From a virus (taxonomy: Duplodnaviria; Heunggongvirae; Uroviricota; Caudoviricetes), in the IMG/VR virus record IMGVR_UViG_3300044630_004416, positions 41,440-105,439 of that record: a stretch of DNA of 64,000 bases; one strand, 5' to 3'. Below the pieces are notes generated by a model. That model had not been told where the DNA came from. It saw nothing but the letters and a program-made list of their open reading frames with translations, and made no database searches. The position numbers were made by a program, and so were the translations under genes. Position 1 is the first letter of the stretch. Every line of letters starts with the position of its first letter. Shown in pieces: positions 39,010 through 46,662 of the stretch.

Positions 39010-39201
39010 TTACATCTCCAGCTGCCAATCTTGGTCCTTTGTAACATTAACCCAGAAGAAGTTCCTGCCATTCATACTACGCAGGAAGACTTTATCACCT
39101 TTGGATTGTTCAACGATGCAATGTTCACAAGATTCCATTAGATTGGCGAATCTGTTTTTAGCTTTCTTTGAGATAGGCTTGACAGAAACAATTGTTTCCA
39201 T
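39010..39201 (-). CDS. hypothetical small protein (63 aa)
   Basis: ORF with C-x2-C (CEHC). Preceded by the G7/C7 hairpin element. Confidence 0.45.
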   Translation of the reverse strand: METIVSVKPISKKAKNRFANLMESCEHCIVEQSKGDKVFLRSMNGRNFFWVNVTKDQDWQLEM

Positions 39202-39321
39202 TAGAGAAACTTCCTTTCAAACTTACGAAACAACATTAGCATGAACAGCAGGGCTAGAACTCCTGACATTTACAATTTGTAATGTTTGTTTGTGGGGGGA
39301 TTGTCTCCCCCCTTGATTGTA

Positions 39322-39585
39322 TCAGATGGCAGCCTGCTTGAGTTCTTCAGTGCGGCGAGCATCTGCAATGGTAGCACCTAGGCTAACCTTCATGAGTTGT
39401 TCATCATTAGTGAGCAAATCACTCAGGAATTGTGCATAATCTGCACTTGCAGCGAAAGCATAAGCCTTATCAGGATTCGACTGATAAGTGATAACAACAT
39501 CCGTACCTTCTACAGTTACACTGTGAATGGCACTGGATTGGTCAACAGTGAATTGGCGATGAACAGGATTGATAGCAACAGTCAT
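39322..39585 (-). CDS. hypothetical small protein (87 aa), weak KTSC-like resemblance
   Basis: ORF preceded by TTGACA-17-TACATT within a hairpin cassette. Confidence 0.45.
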   Translation of the reverse strand: MTVAINPVHRQFTVDQSSAIHSVTVEGTDVVITYQSNPDKAYAFAASADYAQFLSDLLTNDEQLMKVSLGATIADARRTEELKQAAI

Positions 39586-39795
39586 GATGTTTCAGTGAAT
39601 GAACTTTAATAATGTACAGGATGGGGGCTGAGTTGTCAACCCCCTTGTGACACTATCAGAATTGGATTTCTTCTAGTGTGGGCTCCATAGATTCATCCAC
39701 AGAATCTACAGAAAGCATGTCCAGAATGGTGAGAATCTCATCACCAGTCTGACCTTTGCGAAGCATCGAAATCAGCAGTTCTTTAGACATAATAA

Positions 39796-39927
39796 TCAAT
39801 AATCAATGTTAGAGTTAATATATTCTGCAAAGAATTGTTCATTGTTGTCATTCTCTGCAGGAATCAGCATGTCATCTTCCCAGTCGAAGACTTCAGCTTC
39901 AAGTTCAGCAAAATCGAAGGTGTCCAT
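39796..39927 (-). CDS. small acidic protein (43 aa)
   Basis: MDTFDFAELEAEVFDWEDDMLIPAENDNNEQFFAEYINSNIDY. The track's longer version (39796..39981) starts at a TTG inside the promoter element (TTGACACCAGCCCC read as MTPAP). Real start taken as the internal ATG. Confidence 0.4.
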   Translation of the reverse strand: MDTFDFAELEAEVFDWEDDMLIPAENDNNEQFFAEYINSNIDY

Positions 39928-39965
39928 GGGTTGTTCAGTAGTGAACGAGTTCAGTATGGCATGGG

Positions 39966-40009
39966 TGGGGGCTGGTGTCAACCCCTGATTGATTAGAGTT
40001 GCTTATCAT
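39966..40009 (-). promoter_or_regulatory. PeSL-like cassette copy A: GC hairpin overlapping a sigma70-like promoter
   Basis: Minus strand reads GGGGTTGACACCAGCCCCCACCCATGCCATACT (TTGACA-17-CATACT). About 43 bp nearly identical to copy B. Confidence 0.5.
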
Positions 40010-40121
40010 TGTCCATGGTATACTGTGAACAATGCTTTCACAAACTTATCTTCATCTAAGTAGTCTAACTGTTCGTCAGTTAAATTACTTAATAATTGAA
40101 GAATTGTTGAGATTGTTGGAG

Positions 40122-40328
40122 TCATGACAGAACATGAATATAATCAATAGAGTTAATGCACCAACCATAAGCACAGGTGATTTCCTCTACTAAATCATCT
40201 TCATCATCTGCCTCCCAAACTGTATTTGTGACCTCATCATGAAGGTCTGTTTGTTCTTCAAGTGTGGGAACATCGTCTTCATCATCCATAGTGAAATCGA
40301 AGCGAATGTTGGTGACTTGATACAACAT
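40122..40328 (-). CDS. small very acidic protein (68 aa)
   Basis: MLYQVTNIRFDFTMDDEDDVPTLEEQTDLHDEVTNTVWEADDEDDLVEE..., D/E-rich. Preceded by cassette copy B. Confidence 0.5.
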   Translation of the reverse strand: MLYQVTNIRFDFTMDDEDDVPTLEEQTDLHDEVTNTVWEADDEDDLVEEITCAYGWCINSIDYIHVLS

Positions 40329-40370
40329 TTGAGTGGTTCAGAATTGAACAATGATAATTTAACTCTAAAA

Positions 40371-40413
40371 GGGGCTGGTGTCAACCCCCTGACTGATTAG
40401 TGTTACTTATCAA
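40371..40413 (-). promoter_or_regulatory. PeSL-like cassette copy B
   Basis: GGGGCTGGTGTCAACCCCCTGACTGATTAGTGTTACTTATCA. Minus strand TTGACA-17-TAAATT. Confidence 0.5.
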
Positions 40414-40595
40414 TCCTCCAGCAGCTCAGGATTGTATTCACGAACCTCTGTAATCAGTTCTTCATCAGAATAAGATTCAAGATTCCCCACCAATGTATCA
40501 TAAGCAAGGGAACACACTGCATCCATATCCAGTCCATCTAAGATTTGCTGAGCATAATCAGCAATCAGAGAATCACGGTCAAAAGTGTTAGTCAT
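40410..40595 (-). CDS. small acidic protein (61 aa)
   Basis: MTNTFDRDSLIADYAQQILDGLDMDAVCSLAYDTLVGNLESYSDEELITEVREYNPELLED. Track start 40622 is a TTG; ATG at 40595 chosen instead. Confidence 0.45.
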   Translation of the reverse strand: MTNTFDRDSLIADYAQQILDGLDMDAVCSLAYDTLVGNLESYSDEELITEVREYNPELLED

Positions 40596-40653
40596 GAGTG
40601 GTTCAGAAGTGAACAGTAGCAACTTAACCCAGATTCAGAGCCCTGTCAACCAT

Positions 40654-40857
40654 TCATTCATAAGTGTTACTAATCTGATTGATAGTCTTTTCTAATGTAT
40701 TCAGTTCTTGTTCATTTAGTCCAAGAACATATTCTTCAATAATATCTTCTATAAGTTTATAGTTATTATTATACAATTCATTCGTGAGTGATTCAATCAT
40801 CTCATCTTGTTTCATGGATTTTGTGTTAAAGTATTGAAGAATTTCTGAGTAGTTCAT
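40654..40857 (-). CDS. small acidic protein (67 aa)
   Basis: ORF translationally coupled (ATGA) to the upstream 56-aa gene. Confidence 0.5.
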   Translation of the reverse strand: MNYSEILQYFNTKSMKQDEMIESLTNELYNNNYKLIEDIIEEYVLGLNEQELNTLEKTINQISNTYE

Positions 40858-41024
40858 TTCTTAATTACCAGGGCACCATACTTGTTGAGTTTACCTGCAC
40901 ATGGTTTGTTATCATACAGGCCAAAGTAATACTTACCAATACTAATACCAAACTGTTCATCACCTGATTTAGCCCTAGTATTAGCTCCAATGTAGAGGAA
41001 TCGGGAATCAATTGAGAATTTCAT
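40854..41024 (-). CDS. small protein (56 aa)
   Basis: Manual translation MKFSIDSRFLYIGANTRAKSGDEQFGISIGKYYFGLYDNKPCAGKLNKYGALVIKK. Sits 23 nt downstream of a near-consensus sigma70 promoter. Confidence 0.5.
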   Translation of the reverse strand: MKFSIDSRFLYIGANTRAKSGDEQFGISIGKYYFGLYDNKPCAGKLNKYGALVIKK

Positions 41025-41047
41025 GGGTTCAATGTGTGAACAGAGTC

Positions 41048-41077
41048 ACTATAGGGGGTTTTCGGAGGGTTGTCAAG
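41048..41077 (-). promoter_or_regulatory. sigma70-type promoter P1 (TTGACA-17-TATAGT)
   Basis: Minus strand reads CTTGACAACCCTCCGAAAACCCCCTATAGTGACTCTGT. Confidence 0.65.
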
Positions 41078-41156
41078 AGGGTTTGAATAAGTATATCTTA
41101 TATGGTTAATAATCTCTAGATATACTTAATAATTATTTGTTACCCTCCACAGAGTC

Positions 41157-41185
41157 ATTATACACATATCTGGGTGTGTTGTCAA
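41157..41185 (-). promoter_or_regulatory. sigma70-type promoter P2 (TTGACA-17-TATAAT, perfect consensus)
   Basis: Minus strand reads CTTGACAACACACCCAGATATGTGTATAATGACTCTGT. Shares TATARTGACTCTGT with P1. Direct repeats TATATGGTTAATAAT twice and ATATACTTAATAATT three times nearby. Confidence 0.65.
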
Positions 41186-41360
41186 GTGTATATGGTATAT
41201 GGTTAATAATTTGTAATATGGAGTTTTCCACAGGTTTTTCCACAGGGCTGTGGAAAACTATCAAAGGGGCTCGGAGTGATTAGGAGTGCTTATATTAGTA
41301 TTCCTTATGAGTGGCCTCGGAATGATTTGGAATACTTATGAGTTTTTTGGGGCTGGGGGC

Positions 41361-41389
41361 TTGACAAATTTCGGAAGTCATGGTATACT
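41361..41389 (+). promoter_or_regulatory. plus-strand sigma70-type promoter (TTGACA-17-TATACT), divergent from P1/P2
   Basis: CTTGACAAATTTCGGAAGTCATGGTATACTG on the plus strand. Perfect inverted repeat TTTTCCACAGGGCTGTGGAAAA lies 110 bp upstream. No convincing plus-strand ORF downstream. Confidence 0.55.
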
Positions 41390-41613
41390 GCGGGCCAAGA
41401 CTGCTGCAGCCCCGTACATTTCAGATACTTTCTCTGACACCATCGGACACACACACATACAAATACAGTATATACTTAATAATTCTCTCTCTACACATTA
41501 TATACTTAATAATTTCTCTTATTCCTTCTCTCTATACATAACACTCAACTATATTTTTTATTACATTTAATGAATGTTAATAATTTATACTAATTTTAAC
41601 ATATCTTTCCGCA

Positions 41614-41814
41614 TCACATATACTTTATCATTGAATCTGCTATTTGCCAACAATATACTGATACTAATTCATCAGCATCTACTTCTGCATCTTTTGCTGC
41701 TCTCTGAAAGTTTGTTTCTAATACATTTGATGCTAACTGTGCTAATGCTATCTTAGCAAATTCAATTCTTAATTCTTGCCTTGTTTCTTCTGTTAAATTC
41801 ATGTGAAGGTACAA
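41614..41814 (-). CDS. hypothetical small protein
   Basis: 66-aa ORF. Likely real start at the internal MNLTEETRQ. Confidence 0.4.
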   Translation of the reverse strand: MYLHMNLTEETRQELRIEFAKIALAQLASNVLETNFQRAAKDAEVDADELVSVYCWQIADSMIKYM

Positions 41815-42071
41815 TCCCGTTCAAATTAAGTTTAATGGTTAAAATGTAGTGTTTTTTGATTGGTTTTATTGGGCTTTGAGCTTGTTTTTTAGATGATTCA
41901 ATGCTTGCTTACGAGCTTTGAGCTTACCTTTACAGATACCTTTGGTTTTGTGTGGTTTGTTTGAGTGATGTTGCCAATTTGGTGTGGTCACTTGTCTTGT
42001 GTTTGAGTTGTACTCATTCTATGAGTAAAACCACCCCGATGTGGAGTGGTTTGTGTCAGTTATTTATCTGG

Positions 42072-42341
42072 TCAGAATAACTCTTTTATCATTTGCTTCA
42101 GATGCCACCATGTAGACTTTGGCTTATCCTCTTCGATTGGTTCTTCTCTTTGTTCAAAATCTTTTGCATTACGACCACAAAGAGATTCATCTTTTCTAAC
42201 CTCAATACAAATCATGTCAATTGCATATACAGTACCTTTGATGTAATCAAGTTCCTCAACATAATGTTTTTCGCAAACATGAAAAAGGCCAGGAATCAAA
42301 CGACAATGCTTACACTCTTGACAAGCAGGAATTGTGGTCAT
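42072..42341 (-). CDS. zinc-ribbon-like small protein
   Basis: 89 aa with CQECKHC...C...C cysteine pattern. Confidence 0.5.
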   Translation of the reverse strand: MTTIPACQECKHCRLIPGLFHVCEKHYVEELDYIKGTVYAIDMICIEVRKDESLCGRNAKDFEQREEPIEEDKPKSTWWHLKQMIKELF

Positions 42342-42570
42342 GTGATTTGAGTTTACTTAGTTTTGGTATAAGTGTGAAGAGTACCGAAGATTTTGATAGT
42401 CTTGGGTTTGGGTTGTTGGGAATAGGGTTTTTTGCTCATCGTGATACCTCGATTGTTTCTCGTAGTGCTTTTTGTGTTTCTCGGTGATTGTGATAATTCA
42501 TTATAATATCCATTACACAATAACCAAAGGCAAATGCTGCCATAATTGTTGTTAACATAGTTTTAATACC

Positions 42571-42987
42571 TCAGGGAGTAATCCAATCGTAACCAGAAGG
42601 TTCTACAACACTCTCAAATCCATCATATTCATCAATACGATAAGGACCAGAGACTTCTTCAATAGCAAGTTTAGCACACATTCCGTTTGCTTTGTCACCC
42701 AGTTCTTCTACAACTTGAACCAAAATAGGGTCGTGTCGAGCAACATTATAGTCACTCCAAGTTTGTTCAGAATACTTTTTATTGTAAGCAATTCGTTCTT
42801 CAATTGGTGTAGAATGCCAGGGTTCTGGTTTTTCAGGTCGTTCTTCGGGCGGAACCAACCAAACATTGAATCCCCAATTTGCATCTTCAATCCAAACTTG
42901 TTTGCCTTGAAGTTCCCAGTAACGTTGACACGCTTCACGGGACAGACCGAACCCACCGTAGCAGGCATTATAAACTACTTTTGTCAT
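42571..42987 (-). CDS. hypothetical protein (138 aa)
   Basis: ORF with balanced composition. Confidence 0.5.
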   Translation of the reverse strand: MTKVVYNACYGGFGLSREACQRYWELQGKQVWIEDANWGFNVWLVPPEERPEKPEPWHSTPIEERIAYNKKYSEQTWSDYNVARHDPILVQVVEELGDKANGMCAKLAIEEVSGPYRIDEYDGFESVVEPSGYDWITP

Positions 42988-42989
42988 AA

Positions 42990-43187
42990 TCAGTTATAAG
43001 TACAGAGTTGAGTGATGCGACCGTATTGAATACCTTCAGACCATTTGCCTCCAGCAGCAATACAGGATTGTTTGTTGGGAACAATAGAGTCGCCATTAGC
43101 AACACCCACGCCAATAGCAGCAAGAATACCAAGAATCACAAAAACAATCATCAGTTCAATGATAGTATAACCGTTGGGTTTAATCAC
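42990..43187 (-). CDS. type IV pilin-like (prepilin N-terminal cleavage/methylation motif) small protein
   Basis: MIKPNGYTIIELMIVFVILGILAAIGV matches the class III signal peptide G-[FY]-T-[LI]-I-E-L-[ML]-I-V followed by a hydrophobic helix. 65 aa. Two Cys in the C-terminal part. Confidence 0.6.
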   Translation of the reverse strand: MIKPNGYTIIELMIVFVILGILAAIGVGVANGDSIVPNKQSCIAAGGKWSEGIQYGRITQLCTYN

Positions 43188-43465
43188 AGTGCTGCAACCT
43201 CCTCCATAATGTTTTCTACATCTTGCTCATCACGATGACCGAGTACATCATCAGTGACTGGTGTATCATAACAAAGGTCATACTTATCTGCATCACCTTT
43301 GATGACTGCTACTTCATACAATCCTTCCGCAAATCCATAAGAACCAGGGAATCGTACTACACTCACTCCGTATCCATTTGGAAAGAAATGAAGTGCTTGT
43401 ACACCATCCTCAAACTTAGTAGGATTGAAGTTCAAATCAGTGAATTTCATAGTGAATACCTGCAT
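43184..43465 (-). CDS. hypothetical protein (93 aa)
   Basis: ORF overlapping the pilin-like gene start (ATGA). Confidence 0.45.
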   Translation of the reverse strand: MQVFTMKFTDLNFNPTKFEDGVQALHFFPNGYGVSVVRFPGSYGFAEGLYEVAVIKGDADKYDLCYDTPVTDDVLGHRDEQDVENIMEEVAAL

Positions 43466-43595
43466 TGTGGGTTGGTGGGTTGTTGTTTACAAAGTAAATC
43501 GTAAGATTCTATAAGTTTTTTGTCTCTTTCAATGAGTACAACATTCCATGCAATAATGATAGCAAATGCACAGAAACCAACTGCTAGATACTTTT

Positions 43596-43772
43596 TCATG
43601 CGTTGTAACCTTCAGATTTCAGAATAGCACGGCGAGCTTCATATGCCTGATATTCAGTAGCAAACTCAGCAATCTTTTGAAAATCATCTCGCCAGTACAA
43701 TCCCCAGCGAGTTGTACCATAAACTTGAACAATGCGAATCGGATTGTCGATGCCAAGAGGATAAGGTTTCAT
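43596..43772 (-). CDS. small protein (58 aa)
   Basis: Manual translation MKPYPLGIDNPIRIVQVYGTTRWGLYWRDDFQKIAEFATEYQAYEARRAILKSEGYNA. Below the track cut-off. Confidence 0.4.
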   Translation of the reverse strand: MKPYPLGIDNPIRIVQVYGTTRWGLYWRDDFQKIAEFATEYQAYEARRAILKSEGYNA

Positions 43773-44023
43773 GCTTCAATAATGCAGAAGGAGGCACAGA
43801 ACTTACGAACCCACTGAAGAGTTTGATAGTAGTTCCTGGGATTGGACATTACCATGCTAGCATTCTTTTGTGGATTGTGAGCAATAGCAACATATTGGTT
43901 GTCATCGACTTCTTCAATCCACATTTGATTCACATTACCCTCTTGCCAATCCCAACGTGATGTGGTGTAATGATACACTTCACGGGGCTTGCGGTTGGAG
44001 GTGAAAGTGAGAATGTCATTCAT
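43769..44023 (-). CDS. hypothetical protein (84 aa)
   Basis: ORF 28 nt downstream of promoter TTGACA-17-TAATAT. Confidence 0.5.
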   Translation of the reverse strand: MNDILTFTSNRKPREVYHYTTSRWDWQEGNVNQMWIEEVDDNQYVAIAHNPQKNASMVMSNPRNYYQTLQWVRKFCASFCIIEA

Positions 44024-44050
44024 GGGTGGTGTTCCCTTGATTACCTTTGT

Positions 44051-44079
44051 ATATTAGCCCACATGAGGGGGCATGTCAA
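44051..44079 (-). promoter_or_regulatory. sigma70-type promoter with embedded GC hairpin (PeSL-like)
   Basis: Minus strand reads GGTTGACATGCCCCCTCATGTGGGCTAATATACA (TTGACA-17-TAATAT). Confidence 0.55.
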
Positions 44080-44239
44080 CCTCTGACTCATTAGCTTTTT
44101 TAATCTTTGCGGAACGTTTCCGCATTTCATACTCATGGTTCCGTGTAAATGCGTAAAGAATCACTACAAGGGCACCAGCCAGTCCTGCAACAGCAGCAAT
44201 GGCGTTAAGGTCAGTGGGAAAGGTGGTGGTTTCAATCAT
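44054..44239 (-). CDS. small membrane protein
   Basis: 61 aa with hydrophobic segment AIAAVAGLAGALVVILYAF. Confidence 0.4.
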   Translation of the reverse strand: MIETTTFPTDLNAIAAVAGLAGALVVILYAFTRNHEYEMRKRSAKIKKANESEVDMPPHVG

Positions 44240-44528
44240 TGTGAATTTCCTCTAGATGGTCAAGACAAAGTGTAACATAATTTGGTTCACGTTCAATCAA
44301 CTCTCGATACTCTGCATAGATGGCATCAGCAATACGAAAGTTCTTGTGCATTGTTTTGTGTGTTTTGGCACGAATTGCACGTTGATTGAACTTCTCCATT
44401 TGTTGGAGAGCATTAGTCTCTGAGAGATAAATTGAATAATCAGTTTCTGTCATCATTACTTGGGTCTCCTTTTCCTTGGAGTGATTGAGCAAGAAGTTCA
44501 GCATACTTCTCAAGGTACGCCGTATCAT
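44232..44528 (-). CDS. hypothetical protein (98 aa)
   Basis: ORF in the operon. Confidence 0.45.
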   Translation of the reverse strand: MIRRTLRSMLNFLLNHSKEKETQVMMTETDYSIYLSETNALQQMEKFNQRAIRAKTHKTMHKNFRIADAIYAEYRELIEREPNYVTLCLDHLEEIHND

Positions 44529-44594
44529 AAGCTGCTAGGTGGTTACTTGTCAACTCTTTGTGCATGTTGTTGAGATTGTTCCAGTCTTCTCTGT

Positions 44595-45209
44595 TCATAG
44601 TTCTAGGTCAACGTATTCTAATTCACCCAAACCGATGTACTCAACACCTTGATATACAGTATGGTGATTGACATGCCAATGACCATGAATGAATAAATCT
44701 GGTTTGTGTATCTCTAGTATATTATCAAGAAATTGACGAGTTACAGATTTATCGTCATATTTCGTCATATTACACTTAGAGCATACTATGTATGTTAGGC
44801 TTTCTGGCATTTCGTGTGCCACTATCACAGATGGTTTAAGTTTCTCATATACATCGCACAGAATGAGAAACTCTTTGTATGATAGTTCTTCATTTATCCA
44901 CCAATTCAATCCTTCTGTTCGATACTGTGCATCAATAGACTTTGCACCACCAATACAGAAGATATTGTCATGTATCATTGTGCCATCAGGTATCCAGAAT
45001 GGATGCTTTTTACATACACTTGGATTGTCATGATTGCCACGAATGAACTTGTGGTCTCCTTTTTTCATGTGGTCATATGGTGGATTGGAATGACCAGAGA
45101 ATCCTACACCGAAATCACCAACTTGAATAGATGTATCGCATTCATTGATGATTTTCTTGTATCTTTTCCAATTACCATGAACATCACCAATGAAGCGAAT
45201 ATTTTTCAT
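44595..45209 (-). CDS. calcineurin-like metallophosphoesterase (Ser/Thr phosphatase family)
   Basis: Motifs GDVHG, GDFG, GNHD and GHWH in canonical order. 204 aa. Confidence 0.8.
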   Translation of the reverse strand: MKNIRFIGDVHGNWKRYKKIINECDTSIQVGDFGVGFSGHSNPPYDHMKKGDHKFIRGNHDNPSVCKKHPFWIPDGTMIHDNIFCIGGAKSIDAQYRTEGLNWWINEELSYKEFLILCDVYEKLKPSVIVAHEMPESLTYIVCSKCNMTKYDDKSVTRQFLDNILEIHKPDLFIHGHWHVNHHTVYQGVEYIGLGELEYVDLEL

Positions 45210-45532
45210 TTTTTAAGCCATTTGTAGATTAGATAGATGGCACCAATGACAAGTGCAGCAAGAATCACATATCGGAATGCCCAGATTGCCAACAGGCCAA
45301 GGACCACAGCAATTCCAGTCCAACTAATATCACCACCAGAACTAAAACTTGAGCTGTCTGAGGTTTCATAAGATGTTTTGCTGATTGGATTGCAAAATTT
45401 AACTTCTTTTGCTCCATACATCGACTTGACTTGTGCAATAGCATCTTCACGCCAAGGTCCAGGAGTTTCAATCTCAACATTCTGAAGAACATTAGATTGG
45501 GTGAGAATCAGTGCTTTCCAATAGTGTGCCAT
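45206..45532 (-). CDS. membrane-anchored hypothetical protein
   Basis: 108 aa with C-terminal transmembrane segments. Confidence 0.5.
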   Translation of the reverse strand: MAHYWKALILTQSNVLQNVEIETPGPWREDAIAQVKSMYGAKEVKFCNPISKTSYETSDSSSFSSGGDISWTGIAVVLGLLAIWAFRYVILAALVIGAIYLIYKWLKK

Positions 45533-45533
45533 G

Positions 45534-45710
45534 TTAGTGATTCACTCGATGGATGATACAACGCTTGAACTCTTGCCATTCAGTATCACTAAAATTATCG
45601 CTAGCATAAGGGATGCCAACATCGGCAGCACATTGCCTTGCAATACTTTCAGGAACAGGAGTCGATAGGAAATCATACTGAACAACTGAGGCGAGAAGAA
45701 ATGCAATCAT
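45534..45710 (-). CDS. small protein (58 aa)
   Basis: Manual translation MIAFLLASVVQYDFLSTPVPESIARQCAADVGIPYASDNFSDTEWQEFKRCIIHRVNH. ATGA overlap with the upstream gene. Confidence 0.35.
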   Translation of the reverse strand: MIAFLLASVVQYDFLSTPVPESIARQCAADVGIPYASDNFSDTEWQEFKRCIIHRVNH

Positions 45711-45931
45711 GATTCAGGTTGAAAACGATTGGACCAGAGCAACCCAAAGGTTTCTTTGAGGTTGTCCAGCATAGTGTAGCGTTGAATCAATGTGTTGTCA
45801 AGTGGTAGGTCATGCAGTCCATCATCATAGGGTGCCAGTATCTGGATTGACTCCAGAGCATGTGTGATGATGTCCATGATAAGCTCATGTTGAGACTCAG
45901 TGAGAGTCACTGTGATGTCACCTTGGTTCAT
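45707..45931 (-). CDS. hypothetical small protein
   Basis: 74-aa ORF. Confidence 0.45.
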   Translation of the reverse strand: MNQGDITVTLTESQHELIMDIITHALESIQILAPYDDGLHDLPLDNTLIQRYTMLDNLKETFGLLWSNRFQPES

Positions 45932-45933
45932 AA

Positions 45934-46206
45934 TCAGTTCTTAGTGTTAACAGTTACAAGTCCACCAAATGCAAGACGGAGACCAATCAGAATGCCCCAA
46001 ACTTGCCAGAGGGAGAGTACAGTATAATTGAATAGATTTACAAGAATCCAGTGCAGTACCCATGCAACTGGAATCATTAGAATTGCACCAATGGCAACTG
46101 CAACAATTACAATTCCAAGAATTGCAACACCAGCACCAATGATTTCTGCCCAGGTGTAATTTTTACTTGGCATAATGCGACGAAAGCGACGGGATGAGTT
46201 AGTCAT
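45934..46206 (-). CDS. small integral membrane protein
   Basis: 90 aa with two hydrophobic helices. Confidence 0.5.
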   Translation of the reverse strand: MTNSSRRFRRIMPSKNYTWAEIIGAGVAILGIVIVAVAIGAILMIPVAWVLHWILVNLFNYTVLSLWQVWGILIGLRLAFGGLVTVNTKN

Positions 46207-46212
46207 AGTTAA

Positions 46213-46587
46213 TTAGGAAGGAATTTCACAAATTGCAGGAGTATAATCATAGCAAATCCATTCATTATCTTTAGTGAAAATATAGCTATACTCTTCACTA
46301 TTATGAATATACTCTGTAATATCTTCATCAATACGAGGAGAACAATTATCACCACGCATTCTATAAGTCAGAACAATAGGATTACTTAGTTTTCTATTGT
46401 TCCAATCAGTAGATGATTCAAGGCAAGAAATGTCTCCTCTACGAATCAATGCGTGAACTTTTGCACGAGTATTATATTTAGATTTTAGCTTTTTGCCCAA
46501 CCATTCAGGATAACCATCCCAATGATGATATACTGATTTCACAGAACCATTTTTGAGTTCAATGCCAATGCGAGAGCGAGTTGCCAT
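46213..46587 (-). CDS. hypothetical protein (124 aa)
   Basis: ORF. Confidence 0.5.
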   Translation of the reverse strand: MATRSRIGIELKNGSVKSVYHHWDGYPEWLGKKLKSKYNTRAKVHALIRRGDISCLESSTDWNNRKLSNPIVLTYRMRGDNCSPRIDEDITEYIHNSEEYSYIFTKDNEWICYDYTPAICEIPS

Positions 46588-46662
46588 TTCAATAGGGGGT
46601 GAATGTGTTGGGCGAGTTGTCTCTCACCCATGAACGTAATATAAGATGGATGGTCTGGGATG

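Noticed and set aside
39692-39790. Apparent 44-aa acidic ORF upstream of 39796
   Set aside because: On careful re-translation the frame hits a TGA after 32 codons (MSKELLISMLRKGQTGDEILTILDMLSVDSCG). Too short and unsupported to call.
40190-40384. 64-aa ORF starting MTPAP (and the MTPAP start of 39796..39981)
   Set aside because: The start is a TTG inside the repeated promoter element (TTGACACCAGCCCC translates to M-T-P-A-P), which is an artefact of alternative-start ORF calling. 40190..40384 also overlaps the better 68-aa acidic gene in another frame.
41390-42070. Search for tRNA genes in the larger non-coding gaps (36840-37290, 41040-41610, 41815-42071)
   Set aside because: No cloverleaf-compatible GC stems, no GTTCRANYC T-loop box and no CCA-adjacent acceptor pairing were found. 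Sequences are CT- or AT-rich low complexity.
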